Positions 38,106 to 53,203 of a stretch of 64,000 nt of DNA are shown here, in pieces (the first letter of the stretch is position 1; every line of letters begins with the position of its first letter). This DNA is from Dictyostelium discoideum (lineage: Eukaryota): NCBI GenBank assembly GCA_000004695.1, contig CM000154.2, positions 4,320,001 to 4,384,000 on the forward strand. Reading direction: 5' to 3'. Under the pieces are notes generated by a model. It was not told the DNA's origin. It ran no database searches and worked only from the letters and a program-made list of their open reading frames with translations. The translations under genes and the position numbers were made by a program.

Positions 38106-40111
38106 ATGGATAATAATAATAATCCAAATAATAATAATCCAAATAATAATAATAATAATAATAATAATGATTATAATAAATGTCATTATCATCCGACTAA
38201 TGAAATAAATTTAATTTGTTTAGAAGCAGAGTGTAAATTAATGCCATGTTGTGTAGCTTGTATGTCAATTAGTGGGAAACATCATAGACATAGTTTTGAT
38301 TTAGTTAATAATTGTATTTCAAAAATTATTGATAATTTTAAAAAAATATATCCAAATATTTCAAAAAGAATTAATGATTATAAAGAATTATCAGAAAAAT
38401 CAAATTCGATTCATTCAAATTCTAAATTAGATTTTTATAAAAATATTGCTCTTAATGATAAAGTTTTTGCAAATTTAATTAATACTTTAAGTTCAATTCA
38501 AAGAAATATAAAAAATGAATTACAAACAAATCAAGATAAAAATTATGAACTAAATTCAAATGAATCTTTACTAATAACTAATAATAGTCAAATACTTTCA
38601 AATATTTTAAATAATGTCTCAATTGATCATTTGGATGATTCAATTAATAATGATAATAATGATAATATTAATTTAGTTAAATATTATCAACAATCTTTAG
38701 AAGTTTTAAATGATGAAATCATTGAAATTGATTATCAAAATTCTTTACTAACTTTCGATCTTCAACTAATTGAAGAATTAAAAGAAAATTTTAAAAAAAT
38801 TTATTCAATTAATCAATCAGATAATATTAATATTGAAGATGAAGAAGAAGAAGAGGATGAAAAATTTAAGATTGGAATTGATGAAAATGGCAATGGGTTT
38901 GTAAAGAGTATGTATGGTGTGTGTAATTTTAAAGAGAAGGGGGTGGATGATGATGATTATTAATATGAATTTTTTTTTATTTTTTATTATTTTAAAATTT
39001 AGATGAAAATAAAAAGTATTATATTTATTCAGAGAATAGTGAACAAGAAGATAAAGATTCAGTTGCATTTGGAGAAGATTGTGGTAATTTATTAAACATT
39101 AGATCAAATAGAGTATTGAAGAATGTAATGTTGTTAGATGGATTTAAAGAGAGTTTAGGAGTTGGTGTATTACCAGATAGTATTGAATATTTGGAGATAT
39201 GTGATATTAAAACACCTTTGGTGGTTGGATCAATACCATCAAGTGTAAGAACATTGGTATTAAATGATGGATTTAGTCAACCATTAGAACCTGGTATTAT
39301 ACCATCAAGTGTAAAAAGTTTAGATTTACATAATATTAAAAATCGATTAAATGTTGGTTCAATTCCAAGATCAGTTGAAAATTTGGTTTTAAATAATGGA
39401 TTTAATCAACCACTTTTAGTTGATGTAGTATCGTTAATATCAGATGGTGTAAAATTTTTAACATTACATAAAATTAAAAGCCAATTAAAGGTTGGCTCAA
39501 TTCCAAAAACAGTAAAGAAATTAAGTATTGGTGATGGATTTTCACAATATTTGGAAAGTGGAATTGTTCCAAATGGTGTAATTACATTATATATTAATAA
39601 TATTAAACAACAGTTACAAATTGGATCAATTCCAACTTCTGTAAAATTTGCAACTTTTGGTGAAGGATTTAGTCAATTGCTTTCACCTGGCATTATTCCA
39701 AAGGGTGTAATGATGTTGTTTTTCTATAACATTAAATGTCCATTGGTTATTGGTTCAATTCCAATTTCAGTTACATGGCTAACTTTTTATAATGGTTTCA
39801 ATCACTCAATATCACCTGGTATAATCAGTAAAGGTGTGGAAAGATTATTATTACATGATATTAAACAACCATTAGAAATGGGTTCAATACCAACAACAGT
39901 AACTCACATCGTACTTGAAGATGGATTCAAACAAGCACTAACACCAGGAATCATTCCAAATTCAATAAAAGAATTAACTTTAAAAAATGTAAATCTTCAA
40001 TTAGTTGAAGGTTCAATACCAAGACAAATTCCAAGAATTATTTTAAATAATTTTAATGAATCATTAGAAAATTGTAATTTAGATCAATCCGTAGAAATAA
40101 AAATAGAGTAG
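38106..40111 (+). CDS. B-box zinc finger + coiled-coil + FNIP-repeat protein, array copy 1 (intact, ~626 aa): join(38106..38907,39033..40111)
   Basis: Exon 1 has poly-N, then the B-box [37 protein letters not shown], a helical region and an acidic run, and ends ...[15 protein letters not shown]. The intron is GTATGT...TTATTCAG (phase 1). Exon 2 has 13 or more ~22-aa FNIP repeats (GSIP.SV..L.L.DGFNQ.L.PG.IP..V). The splice position matches the other copies by homology. Confidence 0.65.
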
Positions 40112-40113
40112 GG

Positions 40114-40163
<50 letters not shown>

Positions 40164-40378
40164 GATTTAATAAAAATTAAATTTTAAAAAAAAAAAAAAA
40201 AAAAATTCCTTTTTAAAAATAAAATAAATAAAATTATTAAATCGATGTGCAATTTTTTTTTTTTTTTTTTTTTTTAAAATTTTAAGTTTATTAAATCATG
40301 ATTGTTTTTTTTTTTAACCACCCACACCACAAACCATCAACAAAAACACTATTTCCATTTTTTTTTTTTTTTAATTTT

Positions 40379-40420
<42 letters not shown>

Positions 40421-40446
40421 AATCAATAACAAATAATATATTAAAA

Positions 40447-41181
40447 ATGAATAAAGATAATAACAATAACAAATGTTCATTTCATCCAAATAAAAATTTA
40501 GAACTTTTATGTTTTAATTGTAAATTTATTCCATGTTGTATGCACTGTATTTCTCAACATGGTGAACACCATGGTCATAAAACAAATTGTATAGATTCAA
40601 TTGAAACATCAAATATTCTCAAAATGATGAATTTATTTAAAAATGATATTATTCCAAAATTAAAAGAAATAGTTGAAAATGATAAACAAATAATCAATAA
40701 ATCTGAAAATATTTATAATGAAATTAATCAACAATATGAAAATAATAAAATTTTAGTAACAAACGAATTTAAAAAGTTTCATACATTAATTCAAATTAAT
40801 CAATTAGATATTGAAAATCAATTAAGAACAACATTTGATGAAAATACAATAATATATACTATTATTAATTCATCAATCAATAATAATAATAATTATAATA
40901 TTAATGATGATAATAATTATGGTATTAATATAGAATCAATAGGTAATAAATTAGATAATCTCAATGATACTCACTTACAATATTGTAATGAAAATCAAAT
41001 TTATAACTGGCTTGAGAATCAAGATATTTATCAATTATTTAAAAAATATCAACAATCAACCTTAATAGTTAATAATAAAAATAATATTGAAAATTTAAAT
41101 AAATTAAAAGAATATAATAATCAATCAATAGTATTTAAAATAATGAATGAAATTAAAAATAATTTAAAATTAATTTATTAA
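40447..41181 (+). CDS. B-box/coiled-coil protein, exon-1-only member of the array (244 aa; truncated copy 2)
   Basis: N-terminal B-box [37 protein letters not shown]. It is collinear with exon 1 of the intact copies up to ...NNLKLIY and then hits TAA where the others continue (EFDNINN...KFIKS + intron). No FNIP exon follows; the coding relic follows instead. It is either a stand-alone short protein or a pseudogene. Confidence 0.4.
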   Translation: MNKDNNNNKCSFHPNKNLELLCFNCKFIPCCMHCISQHGEHHGHKTNCIDSIETSNILKMMNLFKNDIIPKLKEIVENDKQIINKSENIYNEINQQYENNKILVTNEFKKFHTLIQINQLDIENQLRTTFDENTIIYTIINSSINNNNNYNINDDNNYGINIESIGNKLDNLNDTHLQYCNENQIYNWLENQDIYQLFKKYQQSTLIVNNKNNIENLNKLKEYNNQSIVFKIMNEIKNNLKLIY

Positions 41182-41339
41182 ATTTTATGAAAAAATGAAA
41201 AGTTGGTGTAAATATTTTTATTTTTTTATTTTTTTATTTTTTTATTTTTTTATTTTTTTTTTTTTTTTATCCAGATTTTAATTTTTTATTTTTTATTCAT
41301 CCCTTTTTTATTATATTTTAGTTATTTTATTTAACAACA

Positions 41340-42180
41340 AACACTGTTCTTTTTCTTTTATTTCTTTAAGTTTATCTTTGTCTAATTCAATGCCAAAACC
41401 ATCATTATATGTTTCTTGAAGATCAGCTAACATACAGAGTATTGACGATTTTGTTTAAATGATCCAAATTTCCTCGGTATGTTGGAGTTATTTTAAAATG
41501 ATTAATTTTTAAAAAAAAAGTTTTCCACATACACACTATTGGAGCTTACAAAATTAGGTAAAGATATATCTAGAAAAAAAAATAATAAAATAATAAAAAA
41601 TAAAAAATACCAATAATATAATTATTTTAATAATAATAAAAAAAAAAAAAAATAAAAAAAATAAAAATAAAATAAAATTAATAACAAAGTATTAAAAGTA
41701 AGAGATTTGGTTATTTAAATAATTACCCAATATTGGAAAGCTATCATGTTTACGAATAATTTTACCATTATTATAGTATTGTGGCTCTATTTTGGTATTT
41801 TCTAGTATATATTTGATCATGAACGGAACCTGGGAATCCCTCAGGATGTAGTAACAATAATCTGTATGATCTAGTGCATACCTCACAATGAAATTTGACC
41901 ACATGACTTTACTTTTACCAGAATAATAATTTTTTTTTGGATTTGATGAGTGGGAGTTTCAATATCAATAGAGGTAGATTCAGCAGCAATCGCACGATAA
42001 AGCACATTAGATATAGGATGTTTTAAAAAGCCAACTGATTCAACAAGTTTATCTCTTTTCCATTATTTCCTTGCATACAACTCAAAGTGAATGGTTGACT
42101 ATAGTGATTTTGAAATGTTTTTGGACTAATACCAAAAGTAACACATATCTCATAAATTGGAAGATATTGTTTCCAATATA
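41340..42180 (-). pseudogene. GC-richer degraded coding relic (possible transposase/HTH-containing element or gene fragment)
   Basis: The minus-strand translation gives long coding-like stretches broken by stops: ...LPIYEICVTFGISPKTFQNHYSQPFTLSCMQGNNGKEINLLNQLAF*...KVMWSNFIVRYALDHTDYCYYILRDSQVPFMIKYILENTKIEPQYYNNGKIIRKHDSFPILGNY... and MLADLQETYNDGFGIELDKDKLKEIKEKEQCLLLNK. Composition is clearly less AT-rich than neighbouring intergenic DNA. I cannot place the family. Confidence 0.3.
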
Positions 42181-42491
42181 AGAGAGTCTAACACAAAAAA
42201 AAAAAAAAAAATAAATAATGTTATTAATTAATTCATTTTATTTTTTACATTTTTTATTTTTTTTTTCTGTTTATAATTTTTTTTTTTTTTTACTTTGTTT
42301 AATTTAGGACTTGGTGTAATTTTACAAAATTATTTAATTTAATTTAATTTAATTTAATTTAATTTAATTTAATTTTTTTTCATTTTTTTTGTAAAAAAAT
42401 AAAAATTTTCACACCAACTTTTCATTTTTACATAAAATTTTTTTTATTTTTTTTTTTATTTTTTTTATTTCTATTTCGAAAAATTATTAAG

Positions 42492-43550
42492 ATGGTTAAA
42501 AAAATAAGAGTTATTATACCCTTTATGTTGGAAAAGGCTTATGAAGATATAAATAATAATGATTATATAAATAAAAAAAATATTTACGGGATTTGGGTAT
42601 ATAAAACAAATAATACAAAAAAAATGTATATTGAAACAAAATCAGAACAAGGTTCACTTCCTCTTCTAGTTCATTTACAAAATGAACATTTATCGTCTAG
42701 AAAAGTCGAGTTATGGCTTGTTGAAAATAAAATTTATATACCAAAGTTAAGAGAAAAATATTTATATTTTTTAAAATGCAAAAAATGGTAAGATAAATTT
42801 ATTTATTTATTAAAATAATAATATATTAATATTTGTTATAATAAGTCAAAAAAGAAAAGATAAAAGAAATAAAAAAAAAAACCAAATTAAAGAAAAAGAA
42901 ATTTACATTAAAGTTGAAGATAATAAAGAAATTAGCGAAAACGAACGTGATTTAATTGAAGAAAATAAAAAAGAAGTTAGCGAAAATGAATGTGATTTAA
43001 TTGAAGAGGATGATGATGAAATATTATGTGAAGATGATGAAATACCATGTGGACAACCAATCTCATCGGAAGAAGATGAGCCAACTCGTTATACTTTAAC
43101 ATTGATTTCAAAAACGATCAAATTGAAAGAAATAAAAATGACAATGGTACAAATAAAAAAGAAAAATTAAAAATTGAAATTGATGAAAATAAATTTAAAT
43201 TTATAATGAGTAAGTGTAAATAAAAATTTAATAATTATTATTATTTTATATTAATATTATAATATATGTGTATATATTTATATATATATATATTATAAAT
43301 AGATGATAATAAAAAATATTATATATATTCAAAGAATAGTAAATTTTCAGATTATCAAGATAAAGATTCAATTGCATTTGGAGAAGATTGTGGTAGTTTA
43401 TTAAAATTTAAATTAAAAACAAATATAAAGAGGGTTATGTTATTAGATGGATTTAAAGAAAGTTTAGAACCAGGTGTATTACCAAATGGTATTGTACATT
43501 TAGAAATGAACTGGTATAAAAAAAGTTTTTGAGGGAAAAAAAAAAAGGAG

Positions 43551-43581
<31 letters not shown>

Positions 43582-43925
43582 AAAAAAAAAAAAATAAATT
43601 AATCCACATTTTTAGTAATTTTATAAAGAGTAAAAAAAAAATTTAATTTTCCTTTTTTTTAAAAAATAAATCCACTACTTTTGTGTGTAAACAAACTAAA
43701 ATGGCTTCTTAAGAATTTATTTTTTCCCCTTTTTAGTTTTTTTTTTATACCTGAATCTGGAAAATTAAAAATTCATAATTTTGAAATTATTATAAAATAA
43801 TGTTTAAAAAAAAGGGGTAATGGTGAAAAAATTAATAAAAAAATTACGATTAAAAAAATTATTTTAAATGATTTTCCAGAAGAATCATTAAAAGTTTGTA
43901 AACTAAATAAATCTATAGAGATAAA
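42492..43925 (+). pseudogene. chimeric, decayed array copy (unrelated 99-aa ORF + exon-1 tail + truncated FNIP exon)
   Basis: 42492-42791 is a free-standing ORF, MVKKIRVIIPFMLEKAYEDINNNDYINKKNIYGIWVYKTNNTKKMYIETKSEQG.... Next come an internally duplicated acidic segment (EISENERDLIEENKKEVSENECDLIEE), then ...[19 protein letters not shown], the exon-1 tail of the family. Then come a family-type intron, an FNIP exon 2 start at ~43330 (...[52 protein letters not shown]) and the extreme C-terminus at 43800-43925. Most of exon 2 is deleted. Confidence 0.5.
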
Positions 43926-44232
43926 AATTTTTAAATAAAATAAAACAAAAAACTATTATATAAACAAAAAAATAGAAATAAATAAATTAATTTTCATTTG
44001 TAAAATTGGATTTAGTCTTGATTGGTTTAAAAATTTGATAATATTATACCATATGTTTTGTCATTGGAATTTTTTTAAAAGAATAAGTTTGATAAGAAGA
44101 AAATATATGTTAGGTTTTCTTTGAAGGTAATTAATGATCATCAAACCTTTCATTTTCAGTATTGATGAAGTGAAATTAGGAATTGGATACATTTTATAGT
44201 TTTTTTTTTTTTTAATTTCATATGAATTTTAC

Positions 44233-44263
<31 letters not shown>

Positions 44264-44268
44264 AAAAA

Positions 44269-44960
44269 TTGATTGAATTTGTATACCATTTGAACCTAAA
44301 AGATGGATTCTCTCAAACATTAAAGCCAGGTGTTATTCCAAAAACTATTAGAATTGTAACATTACACCAAATAACAAAACCATTAGTAATTGGATCAATA
44401 CCAAATACAGTCTTAAGAATAGAATTTCATAAAGGCTTTAACCAATTCCTTACTCCAGGTATTATATCAGAAGGTGTTAAATCATTAGAATTTTAATGAT
44501 TTAACAGTTTTAAGAATACAATTTCATAAAGGATTTAACCAATTACTTACAGCTGGTATTATACCAGAAGGTGTTAAATCATTAGAATTCCACCAAGTTA
44601 AATACTTATTGATTGTCGGTTCAATTCCTAACTCGATTTATTTATTATGTTTACTGGATGGCTTTAATCAAATAATATCACCAGGCATAATTACTAATGG
44701 AGTGTGCGAGTTAGGTTTGGGAGAAATTAAACAACCATTATTTGTGAATTCAATACCTAATTCCGTCACCAAATTTAATATCATTAATGGATTTTATCAC
44801 TAACGCCTGGAATCATTTCAAATTCAATAAAGAAATTAACTCTATGTACTGTAAATATATGAAATTAGTTGAAGGGTCAATTCCATAAAATTATTTTATA
44901 TGGTAATGTTGAACCATCATCTTTAGATGTTTGTAAATTAGATAGATATGTACAAATAAT
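44269..44960 (+). pseudogene. FNIP-exon fragment with internal ~110 bp duplication, frameshifts and stops (decayed copy)
   Basis: ...[66 protein letters not shown] and then the same segment duplicated. The 3' part carries several stops (...NGFYH*RLESFQIQ*...). No exon 1 is associated. Confidence 0.6.
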
Positions 44961-45064
44961 AAAAAATAATTTATAATAATAGTAGAATCTTTGTAAATAA
45001 TAAAGGATCAAAACAAAAAAATAAAAATAAAAATAAATAAATAAATTAAATAAATATATAATTT

Positions 45065-45420
45065 GGTTCATCAATTTTATCAAATATTCTATTAATTTAA
45101 TTTGAATTTGTTTTTTTTATTTTTTTTATTTATTTATTTTTATATTTATTATTTAACTATTTAATTAATTTTATATTTTCTTTTGTTTCAATCATACAAT
45201 TAATTCACTCGAGATATAAATATATTCTTGTCTTTGAGTGATCATTTATTAATGTATGAATTTTTAAAAATTTTCAATTAATCCATTGCCTTTGTTGTTG
45301 ATGTTGTTGGTAGTCTAGTGGATTTGATAATATTATAATTTATTTATCTTAATATAAAAAGTAACCCAATTGATTCAAAAAAAATAAAAAATAAACCAAT
45401 TCAGTCTTTTTTTGTTTTTT
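45065..45420. repeat. conserved array spacer element, copy 1 (~350 bp), containing a fragment homologous to the 60155-62317 coding sequence
   Basis: ~85% identical to 47765-48130. It contains CACTCGAGATATAAATATATTCTTGTCTTTGAGTGA and CCATTGCCTTTGTTGTTGATGTTGTTGGTAGTCTAGTGGATTTGATAATATT, which match 60755-60850 (within the coding region of the minus-strand coiled-coil gene). Confidence 0.6.
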
Positions 45421-45470
45421 ATTTTAATATCTAAATTTTATAATATCTCAATTTTTCACTCAAATTTTTA

Positions 45471-45517
<47 letters not shown>

Positions 45518-45655
45518 TTTTTAAGATTTTTTAATTTTATTATAATACGATCACTGTCTACAATAATAATAACACATTAAACTATTATCAAAAATAATAA
45601 AAATTTTTACCCACACATTTTTTTTTTTTTTAATCAATAACAAATAATATTAAAA

Positions 45656-47557
45656 ATGAATAATGATTTAATATTAGATAATAACAATAACAATAAGAAA
45701 TGCACACTTCATAGAAATAAAATTTTAGAACTTTTATGTTTAGATTGTAAATTTATTCCATGTTGTACTCAGTGTTTTTCCAAGATGGTCAACACCATGG
45801 TCATAAAACAAATTGTATGGATTCAAAAGCAACATCAGATATTCTCAAAATGGTGAATTTATTTAAAAATGATATTATTCCAAAATTAAAAGAAATAGTT
45901 GAAAATAATAAACAAATAATTAATGAATCTGACAATATTTATAATGAAATTAAACAACAATATGAAATTAATAAAAATTTGGTAATAGATGAATTCAATA
46001 AATTTCATAAAATACTTCAAATTATTCAATTAGATATTCTAAAGCAATTAGAAACAACATTTGATGAAAATACATTAGTAAATACTATTATTAATTCATC
46101 AATCAAAAATAATGATAGTTATGGTATTACTATGGAATCAATGAGTAATGAAATAGATAATCTCAAGCATACTCACTTACAATATTGTGATGAAAATCAA
46201 ATATATAACTGGCTTGAAAATGAAGAAATTTATCAATTAATTAAAAAATATCAACAATCATCATTAATAGTAAATAATAAAAATTATATTGGTAGTTTAA
46301 ATATATTAAAAGAATATAATAATCAATCAATACTATTCAATAATTAAATAATTGATGATATTAAAAATAATTTAAAATTAATTTATGAGTTTGATAACAA
46401 TAAAAACAACCAAAATAAAAACAATAATCGTATTAATTATAATAAAAATGAAAAATTAAAAATTGAAATTGATGAAAATAATTTTAAATTTATAAAGAGA
46501 AAGTAAGAATTTAAATTATAAATAAAATTTAAATTATTATTAATATATATCAATATATATTATAAATAGATGATAATGAAAAATATTATATATATTCAAA
46601 GAATAGTGAATTTTCAAATCATAAAGATAAAGAGTCAATTGCATTTGGAGAAGATTGTGGTAGTTTATTAAAATTTCAATCAAAAACAAATTTAAAGTTA
46701 TGTTATTGGATGAATTTAAAGAAAAATTAGAACCGGGTGTATTACCAAATGGTATAAAATATTTGGAAATAGGAGATATTATAACACTATTAGTAGTTGG
46801 ATCGATACCACCTGGTATCATTCCTTCTTATCCACCAAATGAAGGTCATTGGTTTAAATAATTTTCATTTCCATTGTTCTTAGGTGTAAGATTCCTAACA
46901 TTACATAAAATTAAAAGTGAAGTAAACATTGGATCAATTCCAGTGTCAGTATCGCGTTTGAATCTAAAAGATGGGTTCTCTCAAACATTACAGCCAGGTG
47001 TTATTCCAAAAACTGTTAAAACTGTAATATTACAGGAAATAACAAAACCATTAATAATTGGATCAATACCAAATACAGTTTTTACAATAGAATTTCATAA
47101 AGGCTTTAACCAATTACTTACAGCAGGTATTATACCAGAAGGTGTTTATTCATTGGAATTCCACCAAGTTAAGGACTTATTGATTGTCGGTTCAATTCCT
47201 AACTCGATTTATTCATTATTTTTAAAGGAAGGCTTTGATCAAAAAATATCACCAGGTATAATTACCAATGGAGTGGGCCTATTACATTTAGGAGAAATTA
47301 AACAACCATTATTAGTGAATTCAATACCAAACTCTGTCACCAACTTGTATATCACTAAAGGATTTAATCAATCACTAACACCTGGAATCATTCCAAATTC
47401 AATAAAGGAATTAACATTGGGTACTGACAACATACAATTAGTTGAAGGATCAATTCCAAAAACAATTCAAAAAATTATTATAAGTGGAGATATAGAACCA
47501 TCATTCTTAAATGTCTGTAAATTAGATAAATCTATACAAATAGATAGCAATTATTAA
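45656..47557 (+). pseudogene. B-box + FNIP array copy with frameshifts in both exons
   Basis: Exon 1 (45656-~46503) is broken into two or more frames (B-box ...CTQCFSK / MVNTMV... shift; ...SILFNN* and then ..[16 protein letters not shown] in another frame). Family intron. Exon 2 (46560-47557) has a deletion and frameshift near ttaaagttatgttattggatgaatttaaag, and only the 227-aa distal part (46874-47557) is open. Confidence 0.6.
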
Positions 47558-47723
47558 TAATAGTATACTTTTTTATTTATTAAAGTATTAACTTATCTCA
47601 AATATTTTAATTTTACAAAGAATAAAAATAAAATAAAAAATAAAAAGGGAAGAAGGAGAAAATATTGAATAGTGGAATTCCATTTGTAAATATTAAAGGA
47701 TCAAAAACATGTGAAAAAAAATA

Positions 47724-47756
<33 letters not shown>

Positions 47757-47764
47757 AATAAATA

Positions 47765-48130
47765 TAAAGTTGGGTTCATCAATTTTATCATATATTTCAA
47801 TTAATTTAATTTGAATTAATTTTTTAATTTTATATTTTTATTATTATTATTCAAAGATTTAATTGGTTTAATTTTCTTATGTTTCAATCATACAATTAAT
47901 TCACTTGAGATATCAATATATTCTTGTCTTTGAGTGAACATTTATTAATATATGAATTGAAATTTTCATTTAATCCGTTGCCTTTGTTGTTGATGTTGTT
48001 GGTAGTCTAGTGGATTTGATAATATTATATTTATCTTAAAATTGCTCCTGATCGACACTCAAAATTAAAAGGTTCGATGATCAATAATTACCTTAATTGA
48101 AAAATTAACCCAATTGATTCAAAACCAATA
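47765..48130. repeat. conserved array spacer element, copy 2
   Basis: See 45065-45420. It shares a 29-bp exact block GAGATATCAATATATTCTTGTCTTTGAGT with 60757-60785. A third, shorter relic lies at ~50400-50470. Confidence 0.6.
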
Positions 48131-48519
48131 TTATCTTCTTATTTAATTCTTATAAAGTTAGTAAAGATAGACCCACATGAATATAAGACAATTCCAATGA
48201 CATTTGGGGATGGATGTATTTTATAATTGTTTATTTTTTTAATTTCACATTTCATTTTAGAAATAAAAAAAAAAAAAAATAAAATAAAATTAAAAAATTG
48301 GGATTAGATTTAAAATCTCAATTTTTCCAATTAAAATTTTAAAAAAAAAAAAAAAATAAAAAAAAAAAAAAATTGTATTTTTATTTTTTGATTTTTTTAA
48401 AATACTCGTGCAACACTATAACAACTCATTATACTATTAATAATACAATAACAAAAAAAAAAAGAAGAAAAAAAAAAACTTCTCACACCCCACTTTTTTT
48501 TACTTTATTAATATTAAAA

Positions 48520-48916
48520 ATGAATAAAGATATAATATTAGATAATAATAATAACAATAACAAATGTACACTTCATACAAATAAAAAACTAAAACTTTTA
48601 TGTTTAGAATGTAAATTTATTCCATGTTGTATTCAATGTATTTCTAAAGATGGCGAACACCATGGTCATAAAACAAATTGTATAGATTCAATGGAAATAT
48701 CAAATATTCTCAAAATGATGAATTTATTTAAAAATGATATCATTCCAAAAATAAAACAAACAGTTGAAAATGATAAACAAAAAATCAATGAATACTTCAA
48801 ATTCTTCATTATTTAATATGATATCGAAAGGCAATTAGAAACAACATTTGATCAAAATACATTAATATATACTATCATTAATTCATCAATCAAAAATAAT
48901 AATCAAAATAATAAGG

Positions 48917-48979
<63 letters not shown>

Positions 48980-50357
48980 GCAATATTAATAATGATAATA
49001 ATGATAATGATAATTGTTATTATGGTATTAATATAAAATCAATAAGTAATAAATTAGATAATCCAATGATAATCACTTACAAAATTGTGATGAAAATCAA
49101 ATTTATAACTGGCTTGAAAATGAAGAAATTTATCAATTAATTAAAAAATATCAACAATCATCATTATGAGTTTAATAATAACAACAACCAAAATAAAAAT
49201 GTTACTATTGTAGAAAACAATAATAGTATAAAAATAAAAAATTAAAGATTGAAATTGATGAAAATAATTTTAAATTTATAAAGAGTAAGTGTTAAAATTA
49301 CAAATAAAAGTGTAGTTTTATTATTATTATTTATTAACATAATAATAATTTTATAAATGTGATTATAGGAAATATTATATTCAGAGAATAGTGAATTTTC
49401 ATTTTATAAAGATAAAGATGCAATTGCATTTGGAGAAGATTGTGGTAGTTTATTAAAATTTAAAGAGAGTTATGATAATTTTAATTTAACCAGTGTTATG
49501 TTATTAGATGGATTTAAAGAAAGTTTAGAACCAGGTGTAGTACCATATGGTATTTATAATATGGAAATAGGTGATATTAAAACACCATTAGTAGTTGGAT
49601 CAATACCATCAACCGTTTCAAGTTTAACATTACATGATGGATTTAATCAATCATTAGAACCTGTTATTATTCCTTCTTATCCAAAAAATAATGGACTCAA
49701 GCCATATTATTGATATTTTCATCCAGTGGATGTGTAAGATACTTAGAATTACATAATATTAAAAGTGAACTTAAAATTGGATCAATTCCAGGGTCAGTAT
49801 GCCAATTGACATTAAAAGATGGATTCTCTCAAATATTAAAACCAGGTGTTATTCCAAAAACTGTTGGGATTGTTAGAATAACAAAACCATTAGTAATGGG
49901 ATCAATACCAAATACAGTTTTAACAATAGAATTTGATAAAGGCTTTAACCAATTACTTACAGCAGGTATTATACCAGAAGGTGTTATCGGATTAAGATTC
50001 CACCAAGTTAAGGACTTATTGATTGTCGGTTCAATTCCAAAATCGATTTATTCATTATTTTTCAAAGATGGCTTTAATCAAATATTATCACCAGGTATAA
50101 TTACTGATGGAGTGTGTGAGATAATTTTGGGAGAAATTAAACAACCATTATTAGTGAATTCAATACCGAATTCTGTCACAAAATTGCATATCATTAATGG
50201 ATTTAATCAATCACTAACACCAGGAGTCATTCCAAATTCAATAAAGGAATTAACTTTAGGTAGTGTAAAAACACAATTAGTTGAAGGATCAATACCAAAA
50301 ACAATTCAAAAAATTATTTTAAAAGGAAATATTGAACCATCATATTTTTTTTTTTGA
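48520..50357 (+). pseudogene. B-box + FNIP array copy with premature stop and deletions
   Basis: Exon 1 is open only to ...KINEYFKFFII* (48816). The remaining exon-1 sequence is recognisable but out of frame. Exon 2 is split into two frames (49498-49713 and 49710-50357) with an aberrant C-terminus ...EPSYFFF*. Confidence 0.6.
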
Positions 50358-50624
50358 TTCTTAATTATTTACAAAGTTGGAACCCTTTAAATATATCGCT
50401 AATAATTCAATTTATCATTTGCTGATATTGATTAGTTATTTGACGTTGTTGTTATTCTAGATTTAATTGATTTTTTTTTTTTTTTGATTTAAAAATTCCA
50501 ATTTTGAAATTAAAAAATAAATAAATAATATATAGAATGTTCATATTCATTTTAATTATATCTTATATAATTTTGTGCTCTATTTATTTGTAAAAGTTTT
50601 TTTTATAGTTAACTTAAAATTTAA

Positions 50625-50685
<61 letters not shown>

Positions 50686-50849
50686 AAAAATTGAGATTTA
50701 ATTAATTTGGATTTAAATTTTATTAAAATTTAGAATCACCACATAATAACAACATGTCAAACTATAAATACAATAACAAAAAAATTTTCACCCACAACAC
50801 ACCCCTTTTTTTTTTTTTTTTTTTTTTCAAATTTTTGATAATATTAAAA

Positions 50850-53203
<2,354 letters not shown>

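Noticed and set aside
48040-48080. GGTTCGATGATC, resembling a tRNA T-loop (GGTTCGA)
   Set aside because: No acceptor stem, D-loop or anticodon arm can be drawn and the flanks are AT-rich spacer-element sequence. I found no tRNA or rRNA gene anywhere in the window.
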